IMG/VR virus record: IMGVR_UViG_3300028196_000015
Span: 1 to 58,336 of that record
Source of the DNA: a virus
Lineage: Duplodnaviria > Caudoviricetes
DNA length: 58,336 nt
Strand: one strand, 5' to 3'
In this document: piece by piece, positions 25,246 to 35,900 of the stretch
Layout: each line of letters opens with the position of its first letter
Numbering within the stretch: the first letter of the stretch is position 1
Notes under the pieces: model-generated
What the model saw: the letters and a program-made list of their open reading frames with translations, nothing else
Told to the model about the DNA's origin: nothing
Database searches by the model: none
Position numbers and translations under genes: made by a program

Positions 25246-28200
25246 TTAGTCTGTTAGTGCTAGGATGAATGGTGTCATCGTTGTGAATAGTGCTTTAGTG
25301 AAATCTCTACCAGAAATAGAACCAGTTGACTGATTGATAATAATTCCATCACCGATTCTAAAATTACCTGCTTGGTCTGTGCTTGTGAAAACAACAGAAC
25401 CACCATTATTTTGAACAACTTCGTTTTCTTGTATAGTTACACCACCTTGTGCAGGTCGTGCTCCATTAATGTCGTTGCCAGCACCAATAAATTCAAAAGC
25501 ATGAGATGAAGTAAGTTGTAAACTTAATCTCGACAAGAATGCTGTACTACCAGCACTTACTGTATTATTTAGGTTCTGTGCTAAGGATACAGTAGATAAA
25601 CCAGAAACTGGTTTTGTTGCTTCAAGAATTGTATAATAAATTGGTTCCATAGCAGTTGCGGAAGCAGTTGCAGTCGTTCCTGCACCTGTAGGTCCAGCAA
25701 TTGTTATATTTGGTGCTCCAATATATTGTGTTCCATTGGTAACAACATTAATTTCAATAACAGAACCATTCTCTATAGTTGCAGTTGCCTGTGCTGTAAT
25801 ACCATTAGGTCCAGTGGGTGCATCAATCGTTATTCTTGGTGGAACATCATAACCAGAACCACCATCAGTTACTTCAATAGTCTCAAGAATTTCATATAAA
25901 GTATCGAAGTAAAGTGCTTGACCATCATATGGTCTTTGTGTTCCTACACCAGAGATTTCAATAACATTCTGTCCTCTTGATGCTTCTGCATTTACTTCAC
26001 CGGTATATCTGTATATTGACTTAGATAATGGACCACCAACACCTTCAGAAACAAGACCAAAAGTACCAAATGATGAGTTGGAGTTGGTTAAATCACATTG
26101 ACCACCAGCCTCAGTATAAATTGCAATGTCGGTACAGATAGTGAAGATAGAAACTAACTGAGCATATGCACCATTAGTAACAGAAACTCCGATACCACCT
26201 TGATTGTATTGGGTATAGGAGTCAACTGACATTGAACCAGTGACACCAATATCATCTTTATCACCAAGTTCTGCATCAAAACCGTTAATCCTCATTCCGA
26301 TACTCTTTGGAATAAAGTTTGTGCAGTTTCTAATATAAGGACCTTGTGTAATTGGTCCAACACCAGGTGAGAATGATGGATCATTTGGAATATTACTTCC
26401 AGCACCATTATTGCCAGGATATGTGGTATTGATACCAACACCTAGAATTGAGGGACCATTATTAATAATTAGATTGATTCCACCAATGCAAGAATAAATT
26501 GCTGAAACCACATTAGTGCATCCACTTGGATGATTGTTCATCCCCGTGGATGAATCTGCTTGAATTGATAAATCTCTAACTTGAGTATATTCTGACTGAT
26601 AATTAATTCGTTTTTGTACTTCTCCACCAGATGAATATGTATGTGGAATTGTTGAAAGTCCAGTATTTACTTCAAATTGATTTGTATTTCCTACACCTAA
26701 GACTTCAAATGTATATCCATAATTTCCACTTGGATAGTAATAAGTTCCAACTCCAGTTGAGCAAGTAAATCCTAAACCACTTAGAGTTACAATATCACCA
26801 GTTTGTAATCCATGACCAACAGAAGTAATCGTTGTTATTCCAGTTACACCATCATAATATGCTTGGATAACTGGGGTTGTAGCACCATCTGTTTTTCCTG
26901 CCCAATGTGAATTATTAATAATGGAACGACATACACCTGCTGCATATGTTAAAGCATCCATAGTTTCTGTCTTAACTCCAACAATATGCTGAAGTGCATC
27001 ACCACTATAATAACTTAAACCAGCACCAACACATCTTGAGTTTCCTCCTCTAGTGATGTCATGCATTACTGCTTTCAGAACATCCTTTACATCATCTCTG
27101 CAATTTTGAGAATCATCTGGATTTCCCTGTGCATCAAGAACTTGGAATGGTGGGTCTTGATAATCAGTGCTAGTTAAATATCCTACAGTTTCATGTGCAA
27201 TAAAATCAATATTATTACGAATTAATCTTGCCCCATCAAAGAATGCATTACCAGCAACTCCTAGTAATGGTTGGAATGCAATAACAGCAGCACCATCTTG
27301 TGCTTCTTGTCCTTGGAAACTTAAATCTGTAATATGACAAGCATTATTTACATAGAATAAATCGTTGGCAGGATTTAGAGGACTAATTATACAGTTACGT
27401 AATTCTGCACCTTCTACAGCAACATTACGTCCTAAAATGATTGGATTATCTTCTACGTAAATTCCAGGGAATACTTTAATAGTATCACCTTCTTCAGTAA
27501 TTAATGATGCTGATTTTACTGTTCTCTTAGTATCACTTTCACTTAAACCAGAGTTTGCATCATCACCACCTTGCGAAACATAAATTGTTTTTCCAACTGG
27601 TTTAAATGCCGAAATAGTTACCTGTCCCTTTCCATTGGATGGACTTAAGGTAACACCAATACCAGCAACAATTGTTGTAACAATTCCACTTAAGAATTCA
27701 CCACCACCTACAAACTGTGCTGCTGTTACAACACCAGTTACATTTAGGTCATTAAAAGTAGCACCTTCAAGAGCAGAAAAGTCAATATTTGAGAATGTAG
27801 CAACACCTGAAACTCTTAAGTCTTGAACGGTAGAACCAGCAGAAATATTAATACCATTAGTAACATCTACTCTACCGACTAATGTACCAATACCATTTGT
27901 CTCTAAGTTTTCAAAGAAATCAATTCCTAATGCTTCTTGTAATGCATCTTTAGTAAACTCATCAATACCAGCAATATTTCTTAATTCTGCAGAACCAGTT
28001 GAACCGATACCAATAACTGTCTCTGAACCAACACCAATTGCTCCAAAAGTTCCAAATCCAGTTACAGTTAAAAATTCAGTTTCAATACTTGGAGCAATAA
28101 TTGAACCAGCACTGTCTTGGAAAATAACAGTATTAAAAATAGCAGTTCCAGCAACTGCTACATTAGTGAAATTTGCTTGACCTGATGAATATAACTCACC

Positions 28201-29019
28201 AACAGTAGAAAATCCAGTTACATTAAGTGAATTTAAATTTGAAATATCTAATGAAGTAAGTAAAGTATCTCTTGTATTGCTATCAATAGCACCTAAGTTA
28301 CTAATTAATGTTGGGGTAATGTCACCAACAGATATAGTAGCAACCCCCAAATTTCCAGAAATATAAGCATCTCCTTCGACATGTAAATTCCACTGTGGTA
28401 ATGCTGTTCCTATACCAAAACTGATAGTTTCAGGGATGTAAGTCAGTTCAAGTGAATCTGTAAATACACTTGTATCTGTTCCAGTGAACTTAACAAAAGT
28501 TAAATATTGTACATCAACATCATCGGTATTCTCTTGAGTACTAATTGAAACCGCAGCACCAACAGATGCAAATGCGGTTCCAGTAATATCAATATCATAA
28601 GCACCAGTTAACCTCTCTGATGGGATAATACCATCAGTAATTCTAGAAGCATCACTTAAAGAATTTGAAGTCTCTGCAATACCAGTGATATTGGCATCAT
28701 ACGTTCCATCCAATCTTGCTCTGGGAACTATCCCCCCACTCATATTATCTGCATTTGTCAATGCATCTGCTGATGCAACAGATACATTATAAAAACCAGA
28801 TAGTCTATCCGAAGATACAGTACCTGATATTATATTATTGGCACTTGCTAGTACTGTTGCAGTCGTAGCAGTACCAACCAAATCACCTTTAAATTGATTT
28901 GCCGTAACTGTGCTTGCCCCAACAATTCCACTGTCAGATAGATTTAAATTATCACCAGGTTGTATTTCCTGTATCTGACCAGATTGAGAATTTGCTATTA
29001 ATGGATATCTATCTGCCAT
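25246..29019 (-). CDS. large virion structural protein (fibre/spike with beta-helix module)
   Basis: 1257 aa; MADRYPLI N-terminus, repeated G-V-S-RL-G-Y units, IYVS-GDD-N-G...IKVFPGIYVE, TNSNSSFG. Confidence 0.82.
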   Translation of the reverse strand: MADRYPLIANSQSGQIQEIQPGDNLNLSDSGIVGASTVTANQFKGDLVGTATTATVLASANNIISGTVSSDRLSGFYNVSVASADALTNADNMSGGIVPRARLDGTYDANITGIAETSNSLSDASRITDGIIPSERLTGAYDIDITGTAFASVGAAVSISTQENTDDVDVQYLTFVKFTGTDTSVFTDSLELTYIPETISFGIGTALPQWNLHVEGDAYISGNLGVATISVGDITPTLISNLGAIDSNTRDTLLTSLDISNLNSLNVTGFSTVGELYSSGQANFTNVAVAGTAIFNTVIFQDSAGSIIAPSIETEFLTVTGFGTFGAIGVGSETVIGIGSTGSAELRNIAGIDEFTKDALQEALGIDFFENLETNGIGTLVGRVDVTNGINISAGSTVQDLRVSGVATFSNIDFSALEGATFNDLNVTGVVTAAQFVGGGEFLSGIVTTIVAGIGVTLSPSNGKGQVTISAFKPVGKTIYVSQGGDDANSGLSESDTKRTVKSASLITEEGDTIKVFPGIYVEDNPIILGRNVAVEGAELRNCIISPLNPANDLFYVNNACHITDLSFQGQEAQDGAAVIAFQPLLGVAGNAFFDGARLIRNNIDFIAHETVGYLTSTDYQDPPFQVLDAQGNPDDSQNCRDDVKDVLKAVMHDITRGGNSRCVGAGLSYYSGDALQHIVGVKTETMDALTYAAGVCRSIINNSHWAGKTDGATTPVIQAYYDGVTGITTITSVGHGLQTGDIVTLSGLGFTCSTGVGTYYYPSGNYGYTFEVLGVGNTNQFEVNTGLSTIPHTYSSGGEVQKRINYQSEYTQVRDLSIQADSSTGMNNHPSGCTNVVSAIYSCIGGINLIINNGPSILGVGINTTYPGNNGAGSNIPNDPSFSPGVGPITQGPYIRNCTNFIPKSIGMRINGFDAELGDKDDIGVTGSMSVDSYTQYNQGGIGVSVTNGAYAQLVSIFTICTDIAIYTEAGGQCDLTNSNSSFGTFGLVSEGVGGPLSKSIYRYTGEVNAEASRGQNVIEISGVGTQRPYDGQALYFDTLYEILETIEVTDGGSGYDVPPRITIDAPTGPNGITAQATATIENGSVIEINVVTNGTQYIGAPNITIAGPTGAGTTATASATAMEPIYYTILEATKPVSGLSTVSLAQNLNNTVSAGSTAFLSRLSLQLTSSHAFEFIGAGNDINGARPAQGGVTIQENEVVQNNGGSVVFTSTDQAGNFRIGDGIIINQSTGSISGRDFTKALFTTMTPFILALTD

Positions 29020-29069
29020 TAGATGTTTGATTACTTTTTTCCATATAGTATATAGGTTCCAAAGTTAAA

Positions 29070-30791
29070 TCAGTTTTCGTAATTGGAATAATTTTTATTT
29101 CTTAAAACACTCAATCTCTCTTTAATATCTTTAATATCGTCTCTAAGGGATGCTGCTGCTTGAAGTAAAGACCAAGCATATAATTGCAGTCTATCTTTTT
29201 CTTCTTTTAGTGGTCTAGAATCATTTGTTATAACAACAGTTGGTGGTTTGTACTTTGCAATAGCATCAGATAAGTCATCCAAAGCATCATTAATATCATT
29301 GTCATATCCACTACATCCAGATACTCCAGATGGTGGTGAAGAAGTATAACCATATGTTGATGTTTGCTGTGTCCCACCAATAGTTACTTTCGTTCCTAAT
29401 GTTGCATATTGTGCTAGTCCAGGAATAACTTGACTATATTGATTATAAGTATTGGATGTTAGTGTAGGCCACTGCTCACTACCAACCCAATAATCTGCTC
29501 TTCCAGCACCAACCTCTGGTTCTTCAACTGCAGGAATTATGAGGTCATCACCTGAACGGCTAATTCTTATTTCTTCAGATGCTGCATATGGATTCCATGT
29601 TCCAGAAGTTGGACATCCATTACTTGTATACTCAACACTATGACCTGCACCAAGATTTCCAGCACCTCGTTCTGTAATTACTGAAATTTTTTCTGGTGAA
29701 TATGGGTTTGAAACTGGATTGAAATTTCCTACACGGTCATCATCATCGTCAACATCAATTACATAAAATCTTTCACTTGTTGCAAACCCACTTGAAACAG
29801 TTGAAAGATAAAAACCAACTGTTTCTGTAACAAAACCTACTCTAAAAGAACCTTCTGGGAAAGCATCAATAGCAGGTTTATCTATTGTTAGTGTTGGTAC
29901 AGTAATAGTTGAAACACTTAGAACACCATCTGCATTGTAATAATATAGTTCATAGTCATCTGTGCCAAATCCAGTAATAACACTATATCCATCAGCAGAT
30001 AAGTATTCACCATACCCAACAGTGGCACCAGAACCAATCGGTTCTAGTAAAATCATTCCAGTAGTTAAAATGTCACTATTACCTCCTCCAAAATGATAAA
30101 ATGTATTGCTACCAGTACTAATACCACCAATGATTGAAGTATGAATTCCTATAACATCTGTTGTTCCAATACTTACAATTTCTGGTAAATTTCCAGGTTG
30201 AAATACTTGAGGAATATCTAAGTCATCTGTAATAACATTTCCAACTTTAATTTCTCCTGGAGCTTTTGGATTTTCATCACCAAACTGCTCTTTACTCATT
30301 CCAACTGCTAAATCACCAGAATTTATAAATCCAATAAAATCACTTATTAATTCTGCACCATAATCTCTATCCATTGGCCTTTGCCAATATTTTATTCCAT
30401 GATAGTTAGTATGACCATAAACACCTGAATCACTATTGCATTTTCCTGGTCCACCATCCACTACAACTTCATAAACTTGATAATTTTCTGAACTTTGTAA
30501 TCCACCTTGACCGTAAGAATTTACAGTATAATCATCAACTAATTCCCACTTCAAGTTCGTTCTACAACCAGCATTAAATCTATCATCATACGATTTCTTA
30601 ACATTATCTACAGCATCATTAATTCTCTCTAAGTTTTGTGCGCCATCTCTGTCCATGTTGACAATGACATCTAAAACCTCATCAATTTGAACATCAATTA
30701 AGATTAATTGGTCTAATACTGCATCTTTTTGTTTTTCTTTACTTTCTAAATCCTCTTCTAATCTCTCAATGATACGTTGAACTGCAGACAT
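29070..30791 (-). CDS. virion-associated hypothetical protein with N- and C-terminal coiled coils
   Basis: 573 aa; heptad-like ends flanking a Gly-rich beta region; TAAATA upstream. Confidence 0.7.
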   Translation of the reverse strand: MSAVQRIIERLEEDLESKEKQKDAVLDQLILIDVQIDEVLDVIVNMDRDGAQNLERINDAVDNVKKSYDDRFNAGCRTNLKWELVDDYTVNSYGQGGLQSSENYQVYEVVVDGGPGKCNSDSGVYGHTNYHGIKYWQRPMDRDYGAELISDFIGFINSGDLAVGMSKEQFGDENPKAPGEIKVGNVITDDLDIPQVFQPGNLPEIVSIGTTDVIGIHTSIIGGISTGSNTFYHFGGGNSDILTTGMILLEPIGSGATVGYGEYLSADGYSVITGFGTDDYELYYYNADGVLSVSTITVPTLTIDKPAIDAFPEGSFRVGFVTETVGFYLSTVSSGFATSERFYVIDVDDDDDRVGNFNPVSNPYSPEKISVITERGAGNLGAGHSVEYTSNGCPTSGTWNPYAASEEIRISRSGDDLIIPAVEEPEVGAGRADYWVGSEQWPTLTSNTYNQYSQVIPGLAQYATLGTKVTIGGTQQTSTYGYTSSPPSGVSGCSGYDNDINDALDDLSDAIAKYKPPTVVITNDSRPLKEEKDRLQLYAWSLLQAAASLRDDIKDIKERLSVLRNKNYSNYEN

Positions 30792-30834
30792 AATATTATG
30801 TTCTAAAAAATCTTTTTATAATGGTATTTATTTC

Positions 30835-31518
30835 TTATAATTGCTTCCATTGAGATGGGTGGGTGCATCCTTGGTGGTGCTTATAAAATTCTGGTTTAAG
30901 TGTAACTCTTAAATCACCAGCAATTGCACATCGTTCATTTACTCTTGGAATTGTCTTTTTTGTGTGATGATAAGTTCCTGTTGGCATTAATAATACTGTT
31001 CCCTCATGTGGGGTTATGGTATAATGGTTGCAATTAAATTTATTAAACCCAGTCATAACATTATGTTTGTCCGCAACATCAAACCATCCCTGACATACTT
31101 GGTTATGATTATCATCTGGCACTCTGCTTACAACGAATTTATCGGAACTGTCGTCAGTATTTAAGTAATATACAAAACTTATATTTGCTTCATTGTGTTT
31201 ATGAAATGCTAATGATGGAGTAGTGTTATCACGATGATATACCACCCAAGATTTTACAATATGATAATCCATCAAATTATAATCAATTTCAAGAACTTCT
31301 AGATATTCATTTAATGCTTCTTTTAGTGAAATAAAGAAATCAGAATATTCTTCTTTTAGATGTACAAAGATTCTAGAAGATGCTTCTGGAGATTCGTATT
31401 CATATCCATTAAACCAATATTGTTTCAAACTTTCAAAATGTTTTTCCTTGAATTCAGAATGACATTTTATTTCAGTCTGATGAACTGCTAAGGGAAAAAT
31501 CTCATGCGTTTTTCTCAT
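30835..31518 (-). CDS. 2OG-Fe(II) oxygenase (TIGR02466-like)
   Basis: IFP start, SW, HxH (FHKH), ISFVYYL, P-EG-VLLMP, HH, R-I-G. Confidence 0.8.
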   Translation of the reverse strand: MRKTHEIFPLAVHQTEIKCHSEFKEKHFESLKQYWFNGYEYESPEASSRIFVHLKEEYSDFFISLKEALNEYLEVLEIDYNLMDYHIVKSWVVYHRDNTTPSLAFHKHNEANISFVYYLNTDDSSDKFVVSRVPDDNHNQVCQGWFDVADKHNVMTGFNKFNCNHYTITPHEGTVLLMPTGTYHHTKKTIPRVNERCAIAGDLRVTLKPEFYKHHQGCTHPSQWKQL

Positions 31519-31529
31519 ATCATATCATA

Positions 31530-32402
31530 TCATAACTTATATTCACTATTATCTCCTGGATAATCTTCTGGTGTCAACCCCTTGTATTCTGGAATATTTT
31601 TAGCAACATCTTTTCTTTCAGCAGTTATTGTATAGTAACAATCAATCTTTGAACCAGTATTATTTTTTATAATTATAGTTTGACCCCACTCTATCCTATC
31701 AAAGTACAATTCCTGATGCATTTTAATCGGAGTCAATTGAACTCCTAAAGTCTCCATATCAACCAACCCTTTCCAATAATCAGGTATTTCTATTTTATTA
31801 TTATTGGTGAGTCTTCCTCTAAAATAAACTTCTGCTGCTGGTCCTTCAAGGCAAACGTAACGTAATCTATGATCTTTTTTAGTGGGATGTAAAATATCAA
31901 ATGGTTTTTTAGAAATTGCAATTGCATAAGTTGCATTTAATGTAGATGCTGAAGAAATCCAATCAACTGCCGTTCCAGTTCCACCAACAACTAAGGCACC
32001 ATGAACAAATCCATTTGCATTATCAATAGATGTTCCATTTCCTATATTAATAGCATTTTTTAAGTCAACACCATTCTTCAAACTCAATGCATTCTTAATT
32101 GTGGTTCCCAACTTTGTTGTTAATCCAGTAAATGTACTAATAGCAAATACATTTAATGTTCCGATGATATTTGTAATTCCAGTTACTTCCAATGATGCGG
32201 GAACTGATAGACCAGGGAGAGGTGGTCCAATCATTACTGTTGCTCTAGCAAGACCAACTTGTAGTGTTGCACCGCAATAAACTGGCCCATTTAAAACTGC
32301 TGTACCTGGAGTAACTCTACCAGTACCAGTTAAGAATGAAGTATCAACTTGTCCTACAATAAGTTTATCCCCTACTGTAGAAATTGAAGAAAGGGCAGGC
32401 AT
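31530..32402 (-). CDS. virion protein with C-terminal intramolecular-chaperone/autoproteolytic-type domain
   Basis: Gly/Thr-rich beta-helix-like N-part; SKKPFDILHP...RLRYVCLEGP...IPDYW...VQLTPI...AERKD. Confidence 0.7.
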   Translation of the reverse strand: MPALSSISTVGDKLIVGQVDTSFLTGTGRVTPGTAVLNGPVYCGATLQVGLARATVMIGPPLPGLSVPASLEVTGITNIIGTLNVFAISTFTGLTTKLGTTIKNALSLKNGVDLKNAINIGNGTSIDNANGFVHGALVVGGTGTAVDWISSASTLNATYAIAISKKPFDILHPTKKDHRLRYVCLEGPAAEVYFRGRLTNNNKIEIPDYWKGLVDMETLGVQLTPIKMHQELYFDRIEWGQTIIIKNNTGSKIDCYYTITAERKDVAKNIPEYKGLTPEDYPGDNSEYKL

Positions 32403-32404
32403 AA

Positions 32405-32962
32405 TTAACCACCTATAATTTTCAAGAATTTTTTGAGATTTCCTAAACTATTCAGAAGTTGTCCAATAAATGAACCTTGGAATATATCAACCAAAGAAGC
32501 ACTAGACTGCTGAACACCAGCTGCTGATTCTACATAGTTACCCAGTAATGATGTAGAATTAGTTGCAGCAATATCAATATTTGTTCCTCTTACTCTACTT
32601 GCAGGAGCATCCATTTCAACGATTTTTCCTGCTTGAATGGTTACTTCACCATCACCTGCCTCACCCATTATACGAATACTCTTTGCTTTTAATGTAATTT
32701 GACCATTTGGTGCTTCAAGAACAATATCACCATTTTTTGCAATTATTGACTTTGCTGGTTCAGCTGCCTGCGAATTGAGACCACAAACTTCTATTGAATT
32801 TTTTAGAACAACATCTGATTTATCACCATCTTGATAATAAGTAAATCCAGTAGCCTCATCAGTAATGACAGAATAAGAACATTTCTTCCCACCAATTATC
32901 GTTCCAGCTTGAACTCTGTATCCAAAACCTTGTTGCCACCATTCCTTTTCTTGTTCTGCCAT
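32405..32962 (-). CDS. baseplate spike-associated protein (gp5 C-terminal beta-helix-like)
   Basis: Repeating I-A-NG-I-L-A beta-strand pattern; directly downstream of gp5. Confidence 0.6.
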   Translation of the reverse strand: MAEQEKEWWQQGFGYRVQAGTIIGGKKCSYSVITDEATGFTYYQDGDKSDVVLKNSIEVCGLNSQAAEPAKSIIAKNGDIVLEAPNGQITLKAKSIRIMGEAGDGEVTIQAGKIVEMDAPASRVRGTNIDIAATNSTSLLGNYVESAAGVQQSSASLVDIFQGSFIGQLLNSLGNLKKFLKIIGG

Positions 32963-32991
32963 TTAATATATAAACTAGTTTTCTTTATTTA

Positions 32992-35900
32992 TTATACACA
33001 ATCGACATAAGAAACAACACCAACTTGGTTGAATGTTCTAACCTTTGTATATAGTGGAGTATATTTGAGAATTGGATATATAGATGCACCATCACCAGTA
33101 TTGGTAATTATTTCTACAGTGGGATATTCTGAAAATCTAGAATTACAGGTAAGAGAAGTTACTCCAATTATAGAACCATTAGGTGCAAGTATTGGAGTAT
33201 ATGAACATGGTCCCATCACAACCCTATCACCAGAAGTATATCCAATACCTGGAGTTACTGGAACGACAGATGTAATTATACCAACACTAGTAGTTCCGAC
33301 ACCTACTGGTTTATCGATTAATGGAATACTGACTGAATCTTTTCCATTATTCAACGATAAAAATAAAATATTATTTTCACTTGGGAAGTTATCTTCAAGT
33401 GTTTGAATTTGTAGTGTACTTATGTTGGATTGTACAATAAACTCTCCTTGTAATTTAGTACCTGAAGCCAAATCATCTGGAGTTACACCACTGATAGTAT
33501 ATCCAACTTTTTCACCATCATTTATGTTTTTCGTAGACAATGTAACATTGAATGATTCACCTTCACTAACTCTAGGTTTATCACTAGACAATTTGTAAGT
33601 GCCACCGGGAACTATAGGTTCTCTTTTATTAGTTAACGGAATCTGAATTGAACTCCTTCCATTATTCAGTGTTAATCGAATAACTTTATCTTCTTCTGAA
33701 TCATTTATTATAGTTTTAATTAATACTTGACTTTTATTTGAATTAACAACGAAGTTTCCAGTTAAAGAACTTTCAGGAGATAAATCACCAGAATTTACAC
33801 CACTAATTGTGTATGAAACTCTTTGTCCATCATCAAGGTTAGTTGTTGATAGAGTAATTAATACATTCTCACCTTTAAGAAGAGTTGATTTATCACTAAC
33901 CAGTTTATACCGAACACTATTAGGGTCAGGGTCTGGAGTGGGTCCAGGTGTTGGTTCAGGAGTTGGATCTGGATCTGGGATTGGTTCTGGAGTTGGTGGT
34001 TCGGGGGGTTGTGGGTTTATATCTCTAATAGTAACCGATGAAAATGCTTTTCCATTATTTAAAGTCATCCTCATGACTTCAACTAATTCATTTAATGAAT
34101 CTATAACAGTTTTAATCGTAACAGTTGCTTGTCCATCATTTCCGATAGTAAAGAAACCAAGAGTTTTTCCACCTACAACATCATTATCAGATATTCCCGA
34201 TAGTGAATATCCAACTGAAGTATTACTGGGTACATTAGTTGTTTTTAAAGTAAATGTTACGGATTCTCCTTCATCTATAGAAGTTTTAGATGCACTAAGA
34301 GTATATGTAGCATCTATTGGTGACGGTGGCTCTGGAGGTAGAGGTGGATCGGGTATTCCTGGTGGGGTATCTGGGTCAATAGGAATCGGAGGAGGTGATG
34401 GTGGTGTAACAGGAGTCGGACCGGGGGGATCAATATCAGGAGGTGTAGGGGGTTTAGGAGTTGGCCCGGTACTTCCACCACCCGGAGGAGGTGGTGTAAC
34501 ACCTGGTGGTGACTCACTAGGATCTGTTGGTTCTGGTACTAGTAAAGGAGTAGCCACATCATTTACAAACACTAAAGTATTTGCAACTAATGTTCCATCT
34601 TTATCAAAAAGATTAAAGAACATTGTTTCAACTGCTTCTGGTTCACTATCTTGTTTTACTTTGATAATCAAAGATGCAGTATTATTGTTAATGTTAATTT
34701 TTTTATTTAATTTTTTTAAATTAATATCACTTAAATTAATATCACCAGTAATATCATATTCCAATTTTGTACCATCAGGAGTATTTGTCGTATTAATAGT
34801 AAACTCTACAGTATCACCTTCAAATACTGTATATTTGTTTGCTGTAACAAGATACGTTGGAGGTGGTGCTAAATTTGTATAATCACCTTTACAAAATCCA
34901 GTCCCTGCATTAATAACATATATTCCACTAATAGTTCCATTTTCTATATTTACACCAAGTTCTGCTCCAGTACCATGATTTGTATTATCAATTATTGTTG
35001 CACTTGGTGCTTTTGTATATCCTTTACCTGCATTAAGAACTTCAACTGTTAAAATTGAACCATCATCAGCAACAATAGGAACTGCTGCTGCTTGTACACC
35101 ATCACCATATATTCTAATTTCTGGTGGTATACATATTGCTGCCTTTATTCCTGGTGGTAGTGGTGTTATGCTGTCTTGTTTTGATGGATTAATTGCTTCT
35201 CTAGAACAATCTCTAAATGGTGAATTTCCAGTATAACCAAATAATGAAGTAAAACCCATTGCTTCGTCAATAGATTCATTGACACCTTTAAGAAGATCTA
35301 ATTTACTTAATGTTCTTGCCCAACTATCTTTATAATTGCTAAGTGGTCCAGTCAAAGGACTCCATGTTGATGCGGGCTGGCACTTTAATTGATCGCAACC
35401 TATGAAATTTAAAATCTGCTGTGCAACAGAAGATACCTGACTCAATACACTACTAATCTGAGATAATCCACCCAATAACCAGTCAAGTCCAGACATGACT
35501 GGTTCTAGTATATCATCAAGAAGTTCCATCATTTTTCCAAGAATACCAGCAGTAAACTCCTCAGCAGCACAAAGAGGTGCATTGATAACTCTACCAACCA
35601 TATTTGTTAGTAGATTTTCAATAAATTGTAAGAGTTTTGGTAATAAATTTTCAAATAAACAAAAGATAATATTGATGATATTTTTTGTTGCTTCTGCTAC
35701 TGGAGGATGTTGTGGTAATGGTAAAATTTTTGCAATAAAATCTCTAAACAGTGATGTTACGAGGTTTATAATTGCACCTCTCATATTATTGACAATGAAT
35801 TTCACAACGCCAGCAATTCTGCTTGCAAACCCCTTTATTGATTGTGCAATATCAACAAATGTATTTGTAATTGGGTCAATATAACTTCCTTGGAATTCTT

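Noticed and set aside
33809-34882. 357-aa Gly-rich plus-strand ORF and other plus-strand ORFs over minus-strand genes
   Set aside because: Antisense shadows of real genes (Pro codons read as Gly); no independent signals
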